From: Tortispora ganteri
Lineage: Eukaryota
Assembly (NCBI GenBank): GCA_003707115.1
Contig: PPNB01000007.1
Location: 310,001-358,690, forward strand
Direction of reading: 5' to 3'
Length of the DNA stretch: 48,690 bases
The notes under the pieces: model-generated
Told to the model about the DNA's origin: nothing
The model's database searches: none
Seen by the model: the letters and a program-made list of their open reading frames with translations, nothing else
Translations under genes and position numbers: made by a program
Part shown: piece by piece, positions 41,584 to 48,690 of the stretch
Layout of the letters: each line of letters opens with the position of its first letter
Position numbering within the stretch: position 1 is the stretch's first letter

Positions 41584-44500
41584 ATGGCCGACCCTTATGG
41601 AGATGAATATCCTGATGGATACGATGACACAGAAATTACCTCAGAGGACTGCTGGACAGTGATTTCTGCGTTCTTCGATGAAAAGGGTTTGGTCTCTCAA
41701 CAACTGGACTCCTTTGACGAGTTCATAGAAACAACAATACAGGAATTGGTATCGGAAGACCCTACACTCACGCTAGACAAGCCTGCACAACATCTCACGC
41801 CCGACGATGATTGGAACAAACGTTACGAAATCACTTTTGGCAAAATTTATCTGTCTAGACCGACGATGACGGAGGCCGATGGCTCGACGCACCCGATGTT
41901 TCCCCAGGAGGCAAGATTGAGAAATTTGACCTACTCTTCTCCGCTTTACGCTGACATGAAAAAGAGATCGCTCAAATGTCGCGATTCTGATACTGCTGCT
42001 GGATCAGAACCAGACTGGAAAATAGATGAAGATGAGCCCGAAGAGCCCGAAACAAAGGTGTTTATTGGTAAAGTCCCCATCATGCTTCGATCGAAGTTTT
42101 GTATGCTGCGAAACTTGCAAGAGCACGAGTTTTACAATCTAGACGAATGCCCATATGATCAAGGTGGATATTTCATTATAAATGGCTCCGAAAAGGTACT
42201 GATTGCTCAAGAACGTTCTGCCGCTAATATTGTCCAAGTGTTTAAGAAACCCGCTAATTCCCCCGTCAGTTATGTCGCTGAAATCCGCAGTGCTGTCGAA
42301 AAGGGAACTCGCTTGATATCTTCAATGCAAATCAAATTGATGGCAAAGGGTGAGAGAGGTATGGGCCAGCCTATACGCGCCACGCTTCCATACATCCGTA
42401 ACGACATTCCAATTGTCGTAGTATTTAGAGCTCTAGGTGTTGTGCCCGACGGAGATATTCTCGAACACATATGCTATGATCAAAATGATTACCAAATGCT
42501 CGATATGCTCAAACCTTGTATTGAGGAAGCATTCGTCATTCAGGATCGCGAAGTCGCGCTTGATTATATCGGACGTCGTGGTTCTGCACTAGGAATCAAC
42601 AGAGACAAACGTATGCGATATGCTCGGGATATCATGCAGAAGGAACTTCTACCTCACATTACTCAAGAAGAGGGCTATGAGACGCGCAAAGCTTTCTTCC
42701 TTGGCTATATGATTCACAGAATGCTGCTTTGTGCACTTGGACGCGCAGAAGTTGACGACCGTGATCATTTCGGAAAAAAGCGCTTGGATTTGGCAGGACC
42801 GTTGTTGGCTAATCTCTTTCGCATGCTTTTCAAAAAGTTAACTAGAGATGTTTATCGATATATGCAGAAGTGCGTTGAAACTAACAAGGACTTCAATCTT
42901 ATGCTGGCAGTAAAATCTACTACCATCACAAATGGTTTGAAATACTCCCTTGCCACTGGAAACTGGGGAGACCAAAAGAAGGCTATGTCTTCTCGCGCAG
43001 GTGTCTCACAGGTACTGAACCGATACACTTTTGCGTCTACACTATCTCATTTACGACGAACGAACACTCCAATAGGCCGTGACGGAAAATTGGCAAAACC
43101 TCGCCAACTTCATAATACCCATTGGGGTCTCATTTGTCCCGCCGAAACTCCAGAAGGTCAAGCATGTGGTTTGGTGAAGAACTTATCTTTGATGTCTTGT
43201 ATATCTGTCGGAAGTCCATCTCAACCGATCGTTCTCTTCCTAGAAGAATGGGGTATGGAACCTTTGGAGGATTATGTTCCACATGCTTCACCTAACAGCA
43301 CTCGCGTATTTGTTAACGGTGTATGGATTGGTACACACAGAGACCCTGCTCAGCTTGTTGAAACTATGCGTACACTTCGCCGTCGAGGTGATATTAGCCC
43401 CGAAGCATCTATTATTCGTGATATCAGAGAAAGAGAGTTCAAGATCTTTACTGATGCTGGAAGAGTCTACCGACCTCTGTTTATCGTGGATACTGATGAG
43501 AATAGTCCTACTAAGGGCGATATCATGCTTCGCAAAGAACATGTACAAAAGTTGCTAAACGCAGAGGAAGAAATTGACGACGAAGGAAATCCTTACGGAT
43601 GGAGCTCGTTGGTTCGCAGCGGTGTTGTTGAATACATTGATGCTGAAGAAGAGGAGACTATTATGATTGCGATGACCCCTGAAGATCTGCAACTTTCCAA
43701 GCAAGCTCAAGCTGGTAATGCACCCATTGAAGAGGAATTGGATCCTTCTCAGCGTGTTAGAACCGCCTTTAATCCGCATGCGCACACCTGGTCACATTGT
43801 GAAATCCACCCGAGTATGATTCTAGGCATTTGCGCTAGCATTATTCCCTTCCCGGATCACAACCAGTCGCCTCGTAATACATACCAATCTGCTATGGGTA
43901 AGCAAGCTATGGGTGTATTCTTAACTAACTATTCGACTCGCATGGATACCATGGCCAACATTCTTTACTATCCTCAGAAACCTTTAGCTACAACACGCTC
44001 TATGGAGTTCTTGAAGTTTCGAGAGCTGCCTGCGGGTCAAAATGCAATTGTTGCTATTTTGTGTTATAGTGGTTACAATCAGGAAGATTCCGTTATTATG
44101 AATCAGGGAAGTATTGATCGTGGCTTATTTCGAAGTTTGTTCTTTAGATCCTATATGGATCAAGAGCGGCGCATTGGTATGTCTGTGGTTGAAGAATTTG
44201 AGAAGCCTACAAGACAAACTGCTCTTGGACTGAAACATGGTACATATGATAAGCTTGATGCGGATGGTCTTATTAGCGCAGGCGTTCGTGTCTCGGGAGA
44301 GGATATCATTATTGGTAAGACTACACCTATTTCTCCTGATAGTGAAGAACTCGGCCAAAGAACAAAATTCCACACCAAGAGGGATGCTTCAACACCTCTA
44401 AGAAGTACGGAATCTGGTCTTGTTGATCAGGTGTTGCTGACGACTAACCAAGAAGGTCTGAAATTTGTCAAAGTGCGAATGAGAACCACTAAAGTACCTC

Positions 44501-45258
44501 AAATTGGTGATAAGTTTGCTTCTCGTCACGGACAGAAGGGTACTATTGGTGTGACTTATAGAAACGAAGATATGCCTTTTACTGCAGAAGGCATGGTGCC
44601 GGATCTTGTTATTAACCCGCACGCTATTCCATCGCGAATGACTGTTGCTCACTTGATTGAATGTTTGTTGAGTAAGGTATCTTCGTTGAGTGGTTTAGAG
44701 GGTGATGCGACACCTTTCACTGATGTGACAGTTGATGCAGTTTCGACCTTGTTGAGAGAACACGGGTACCAGAGTCGTGGTTTTGAAGTGATGTATAATG
44801 GCCACACCGGTAAGAAATTGATGGCGCAAGTGTTTTTTGGACCCACTTACTATCAACGTCTCCGACATATGGTGGACGACAAGATTCACGCACGTTCGCG
44901 TGGACCTGTTCAAATTTTAACCCGACAACCTGTCGAAGGTCGATCTCGAGATGGTGGTTTGCGTTTCGGAGAGATGGAGCGTGATTGCATGATTGCTCAC
45001 GGAGCGGCAGCCTTTTTGAAGGAGAGGCTGTTCGACGCCTCGGATGCGTTCCGAGTACATGTTTGTGGAGTATGTGGACTTATGACGGTAATTGCATCGT
45101 TAAAGAAAAACCAGTTCGAATGCCGATCTTGTCGTAACAAGACCAATATTTACCAGATTCATATTCCCTACGCGGCAAAGCTGTTGTTCCAAGAGCTCAT
45201 GGCTATGAACATTGCGCCTCGAATGTATACCAACCGTGAAACTGTCCTGGTAAAGTGA
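41584..45258 (+). CDS. RPB2: RNA polymerase II second-largest subunit
   Basis: [32 protein letters not shown] and [10 protein letters not shown]. First ATG at 41584. Confidence 0.99.
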   Translation: MADPYGDEYPDGYDDTEITSEDCWTVISAFFDEKGLVSQQLDSFDEFIETTIQELVSEDPTLTLDKPAQHLTPDDDWNKRYEITFGKIYLSRPTMTEADGSTHPMFPQEARLRNLTYSSPLYADMKKRSLKCRDSDTAAGSEPDWKIDEDEPEEPETKVFIGKVPIMLRSKFCMLRNLQEHEFYNLDECPYDQGGYFIINGSEKVLIAQERSAANIVQVFKKPANSPVSYVAEIRSAVEKGTRLISSMQIKLMAKGERGMGQPIRATLPYIRNDIPIVVVFRALGVVPDGDILEHICYDQNDYQMLDMLKPCIEEAFVIQDREVALDYIGRRGSALGINRDKRMRYARDIMQKELLPHITQEEGYETRKAFFLGYMIHRMLLCALGRAEVDDRDHFGKKRLDLAGPLLANLFRMLFKKLTRDVYRYMQKCVETNKDFNLMLAVKSTTITNGLKYSLATGNWGDQKKAMSSRAGVSQVLNRYTFASTLSHLRRTNTPIGRDGKLAKPRQLHNTHWGLICPAETPEGQACGLVKNLSLMSCISVGSPSQPIVLFLEEWGMEPLEDYVPHASPNSTRVFVNGVWIGTHRDPAQLVETMRTLRRRGDISPEASIIRDIREREFKIFTDAGRVYRPLFIVDTDENSPTKGDIMLRKEHVQKLLNAEEEIDDEGNPYGWSSLVRSGVVEYIDAEEEETIMIAMTPEDLQLSKQAQAGNAPIEEELDPSQRVRTAFNPHAHTWSHCEIHPSMILGICASIIPFPDHNQSPRNTYQSAMGKQAMGVFLTNYSTRMDTMANILYYPQKPLATTRSMEFLKFRELPAGQNAIVAILCYSGYNQEDSVIMNQGSIDRGLFRSLFFRSYMDQERRIGMSVVEEFEKPTRQTALGLKHGTYDKLDADGLISAGVRVSGEDIIIGKTTPISPDSEELGQRTKFHTKRDASTPLRSTESGLVDQVLLTTNQEGLKFVKVRMRTTKVPQIGDKFASRHGQKGTIGVTYRNEDMPFTAEGMVPDLVINPHAIPSRMTVAHLIECLLSKVSSLSGLEGDATPFTDVTVDAVSTLLREHGYQSRGFEVMYNGHTGKKLMAQVFFGPTYYQRLRHMVDDKIHARSRGPVQILTRQPVEGRSRDGGLRFGEMERDCMIAHGAAAFLKERLFDASDAFRVHVCGVCGLMTVIASLKKNQFECRSCRNKTNIYQIHIPYAAKLLFQELMAMNIAPRMYTNRETVLVK

Positions 45259-45559
45259 GATTAAAAATAAATAAGAAACGGAATAAGAGACGTATGAGGA
45301 GAAGATTTTTGAATGAATATAATTATTACTATGTTTTACTGGCTGCTTCAGCACAGAAATTGCCGTAAAAATAATATAAATCGCACACTGTATAATCCAG
45401 CGAGAAGAAAATCCGGGGAATATCAGGGTATAGGGCATAATTTTGTATAAAGTTCGGCTAGCGATAGTAGCGGTCATATAATATTTAGCTTTCGATACTT
45501 TTCTTGAAGCACAAACTGTTGGACACCTTTGAAGGACTGCTTTTGCTGTAAAGAATATA

Positions 45560-46546
45560 ATGTTGCGAGGAATTAACGTACAATTGCCGAAATTGGCCAG
45601 GAATATGTCAGCTAGCACTATTGCGAGAGATGTTAAACGTGTAGGTGTGCTTGGAGCAGGTCAAATGGTAAGTAAACTACAAGCGAACATATTATCTCGG
45701 AGATATACCGGAGCAATCGATCTAACAAACTAGGGACTTGGAATAGCTTTAGTTGCTGCTAATAAAGCTGGTCTACCTGTAACTTTAGTAGACAGCTCCG
45801 AAAAGAGTCTTGAGAAAGGATTGGGATTCATGGACAAGCTGCTAGCGAAAGATGTTTCTAAATCGAAGATCACGCAGGAACAAGCTGATGCCATCAAAGG
45901 ACGCGTGAAAGGAACTACCAACTTTGAGGATATCGCTGAAGCTGATTTTATTATTGAGGCAGTACCAGAGATACCTTCTTTGAAAACGGAGATCTTCGGT
46001 AAGTTAGCTCAAATATGTTCAAAGGATGCTATTCTGGCTACAAATACGTCGTCAATTTCGATTACGAAAATTGCAGCTGCGGCAGTTGGAGCTGAAGATC
46101 GTGTAGTTTCTACGCATTTTATGAACCCTGTTCCTGTTCAGCCCGGTGTTGAGATTATCACTGGACTGCAGACGTCCGAGCAGACCCTGAACACCGCACT
46201 AGATCTTATCAGGAAGATGAGCAAGATTCCATCTGTTTCGCGCGATTCGCCTGGCTTTTTGGCAAACCGCATCCTTATGCCATATATCAACGAGGCTATT
46301 ATGTGTTTAGAGAATGGTATTGGTACCAAGGAGGATATCGATAGCATTATGAAGAATGGATGTGCGATGCCGATGGGCCCACTAGCGCTTGCAGACTTTA
46401 TTGGTCTCGACACCTGTCTAGCGATCATGAAAGTCCTGCACGAGAACACCGGAGATAGCAAGTACAGACCAGCTGTTCTGCTTCAAAACATGGTTGATGC
46501 TAAATGGTACGGCAAGAAGAGTGGCAAAGGATTCTACGATTACTAA
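45560..46546 (+). CDS. Mitochondrial 3-hydroxybutyryl/3-hydroxyacyl-CoA dehydrogenase; exons 45560-45667 and 45734-46546, 66-nt intron; 306 aa
   Basis: The intron GTAAGT...TCTAAC AAAC TAG restores the Rossmann motif GVLGAGQM|GLGIA. Also TNTSS, HFMNPVP and PMGPL; presequence MLRGINVQLPKLARN. Confidence 0.92.
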
Positions 46547-46942
46547 ACAAGAATTGACCGAGCCGAGCCGTGTATATCTCTTCCGATTAGGTTGCCGGGC
46601 TATTGCCTAGGCTAAAATTACACTGCCTTTCAGTAATAAACTCTATCTATTTATTATTGCTACTAGGGCCCAGAAACTTCTTAGCCCACCGTAAGCTGAC
46701 ATAAGCTGAAACCGGGTAACTATATATTCACCTTTATTATATTATATAGTTGCACAGTATAAAGGGAGCTTATTCAACAACCACTAGATTCTCTTTAAAC
46801 AAATAAACTATCATCTTCCGATTAAAGCGCCTTCTTAACTTGAAGGTATATTAAATTAATCAGAATTACTTTTTGGGCGCGATTTAGGCCTAATCGATAT
46901 ATCAACAGGCTCGCATTAGCATCTCTATCAACAATATCTCCC

Positions 46943-47929
46943 ATGGTTAGCGAAACTGGACGACACCACAAGGTCGTGATTATTGGATCCGGCCCCGCCG
47001 CACACACTGCTGCGATTTATCTCGCACGTGCAGAACTGAAACCTGTACTTTTCGAAGGCATGCTTGCCAACGATATTGCCGCCGGAGGTCAACTAACTAC
47101 TACAACTGAAGTCGAAAACTTCCCTGGTTTCCCTGACGGTATTACGGGCTCAAAACTCATGGAGAATATGCGTGAGCAGAGCTCCAAATTCGGTACTGAA
47201 ATTATTACAGAAACTGTCGCGAAGGTAGACTTGTCTGAACGTCCTTTCAAGTTCTGGACAGAATGGAATGAAGAAGAGCCGCCACAGACCGCTGATGTAA
47301 TAATACTGGCCACAGGTGCTGCTGCTAAGCGCCTCCACATCCCTGGAGAAGAAACATACTGGCAAAATGGCGTCTCGGCTTGTGCTGTTTGCGATGGCGC
47401 TGTCCCAATCTTTCGCAATAAACCGCTAGTTGTTGTCGGAGGCGGAGATTCCGCTGCCGAAGAAGCTATGTTCCTCACTAAATACGGATCTAAAGTATAC
47501 GTCTTGGTACGCCGTGATGTTCTCAGAGCCTCTACTATCATGTCGAAGAGACTTCTTGCCAATCCTAAAGTTGAAGTGCTTTTCAACAAAGCTCCTGTCG
47601 AAGTTAAGGGTGAAGACGGACTCATGACTACCCTCACCATCAAGGACACAAAAACCGGTGAAGTTTCTGACCTCCAAGCGAACGGCCTTTTCTACGCAAT
47701 TGGACACGCTCCAGCCACCAAAATAGTTACTGGACAAATCGAACTTGATGACCAAGGCTATGTCATCACCAAACCTGGCACTGCCCAGACCTCTGTTAAA
47801 GGTGTTTTCGCTGCAGGCGATGTTCAAGACAAGAAGTACCGCCAAGCTATTACTTCTGCAGGTTCTGGCTGTATGGCTGCCCTAGAAGCTGAACATCTGC
47901 TCAGCGAAGAGTCGGAGTTATTAGGGTAA
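46943..47929 (+). CDS. TRR1: Low-Mr thioredoxin reductase (unspliced isoform)
   Basis: [28 protein letters not shown], redox motif CAVC, GGGDSA and [14 protein letters not shown]. Confidence 0.98.
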   Translation: MVSETGRHHKVVIIGSGPAAHTAAIYLARAELKPVLFEGMLANDIAAGGQLTTTTEVENFPGFPDGITGSKLMENMREQSSKFGTEIITETVAKVDLSERPFKFWTEWNEEEPPQTADVIILATGAAAKRLHIPGEETYWQNGVSACAVCDGAVPIFRNKPLVVVGGGDSAAEEAMFLTKYGSKVYVLVRRDVLRASTIMSKRLLANPKVEVLFNKAPVEVKGEDGLMTTLTIKDTKTGEVSDLQANGLFYAIGHAPATKIVTGQIELDDQGYVITKPGTAQTSVKGVFAAGDVQDKKYRQAITSAGSGCMAALEAEHLLSEESELLG

Positions 47930-48001
47930 GTCTTCTTTCTGTGTGGTTAGTAATCTAGCTGCGCTGTTGTCACCGTTCCATTGTTAACATTGCCTGTATA
48001 G
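47926..48001 (+). other. Candidate 76-nt alternative intron overlapping the TRR1 stop codon; terminal coding exon 48002-48017 gives ...LLGLTKL*
   Basis: Donor GTAAGT at 47926 contains the TAA stop; branch GTTAAC at 47983-47988; acceptor TAG at 47999-48001. Confidence 0.65.
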
Positions 48002-48579
48002 TCTTACCAAGTTATAGAACCCTTTAAAGCGTTATGCGTATGTTATTTCTTTTTTAATCACATTCTAAATAAACAGTCGTAGCCTTAAGTATTCTTCTAA
48101 AACTAACCACATCAACTAGTTAGTCAAGACATATAACGCAACAACAGGATTACAGTCAGACCACTAAATCTGTGCTAAAAATATTCAGGTATTAACAAAA
48201 GCATAGTGGTATCCTTCGAGGTAACCGACATAGGAGTGTCTTGAAGACGTCCATAGGTATTCTTAAAAAAACCTTATATAAGATAAGCTCCAACTGCCTT
48301 AGTTGTTGTCAGATTTTTAAGTTTGACGTGTCTGCGCGCCAGAGGATGGGATACTAGCCGCATATCCCCACCTCATTTAATGCACCTTCACATCCGTCGC
48401 GGCTCATGTACTACATGGTAAAGCCCGCCAAAACCAAGCAATCAACCAGTGAAATCCGGATTGAGCGTTCTGATTGTACGGTTCCAGAGCATTTAGTGCA
48501 ATGGCCACAGAAGTTATCCGCTTCGTGCGTCCGGAACACTAAAAGCACTGAAGGCAGGTGTCTCAGGACTCCCTGCAAG

Positions 48580-48625
48580 GTAAGGTGTCTTTGGCGCTTG
48601 TTCCGTAGCTGACGCCTATTTTTAG
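48580..48625 (+). other. Candidate 46-nt intron of an unidentified transcript
   Basis: AAG|GTAAGG...GCTGAC GCCTATTTT TAG. Size and spacing resemble the DYN2 introns. Confidence 0.35.
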
Positions 48626-48690
48626 GCTGATTTTATCTGCTCCCGCCTTAACCCATTATTCAACTCACTAGTCTGCACATGAGGCATCGC

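Noticed and set aside
46837..46847. Near-ZRE AACTTGAAGGT upstream of TRR1
   Set aside because: A single imperfect site with no supporting context; compatible with chance.
79..47845. Many 60-190-aa ORFs antisense to or overlapping the real genes (e.g. 3556-4113, 9972-10415, 15295-15747, 47089-47649)
   Set aside because: They are shadows of codon bias on the opposite strand or frame, with no recognisable motifs and often non-ATG starts.
48440..48530. RNase P RNA-like fragments (GTGAAATCCGG, AGTGCAAT)
   Set aside because: The fragments are too close together, and there is no matching CR-V/P4 pairing.
48480..48590. U1 snRNA-like words on the minus strand (CTTACCT, CACGAAG loop, CCATTGCACT)
   Set aside because: The spacing from the 5' element to stem-loop I is too long, the loop lacks GATC, and no clear Sm site follows. 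CTTACCT is simply the complement of the + strand donor at 48580.

Overview
Compact, gene-dense fungal nuclear DNA. It is most consistent with an early-diverging ascomycete yeast (inference: intergenic gaps often 100-200 bp; a few short introns with GTAAGT/GTACGT donors and CTAAC/TTAAC branch points close to the AG; presence of PEX16 and a mitochondrial 3-hydroxyacyl-CoA dehydrogenase). About 26 protein genes are supported, mostly housekeeping: TLG2, calmodulin, CDC37, REX3-like, MDL1, CLC1, MED20, FUN26-like, ILV3, NUP82-like, CBC2, a TALE homeobox TF, CDC27, SLC1, a mitochondrial P-loop protein, a ZIP transporter, a USP, PEX16, MRD1, DYN2, RPB2, a hydroxyacyl-CoA dehydrogenase and TRR1. Four of them had to be rebuilt across introns that the ORF track misses. 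The most interesting signals are: (1) TRR1 has its stop codon inside a perfect 5' splice site, and splicing would give a -TKL PTS1-like end; it also has an AUG-less, Arg-rich, acid-free in-frame 5' extension, so one gene may serve cytosol, peroxisome and mitochondrion. (2) A box C/D snoRNA (snR64/SNORD74 type) sits in the MRD1 intron. (3) There is an unusual zinc locus: a ZIP gene with CAAGGT/ZRE-like sites, tail-to-tail with a secreted protein resembling a heavily diverged Pra1/AspF2, plus an upstream 12-bp minisatellite that reads as Cys/His repeats on one strand and a hydrophobic microprotein on the other. (4) An intergenic motif AAACCTTA recurs, and there is a 5.9-kb gene-free block. All homology calls rest on recalled motifs; no database search was run.
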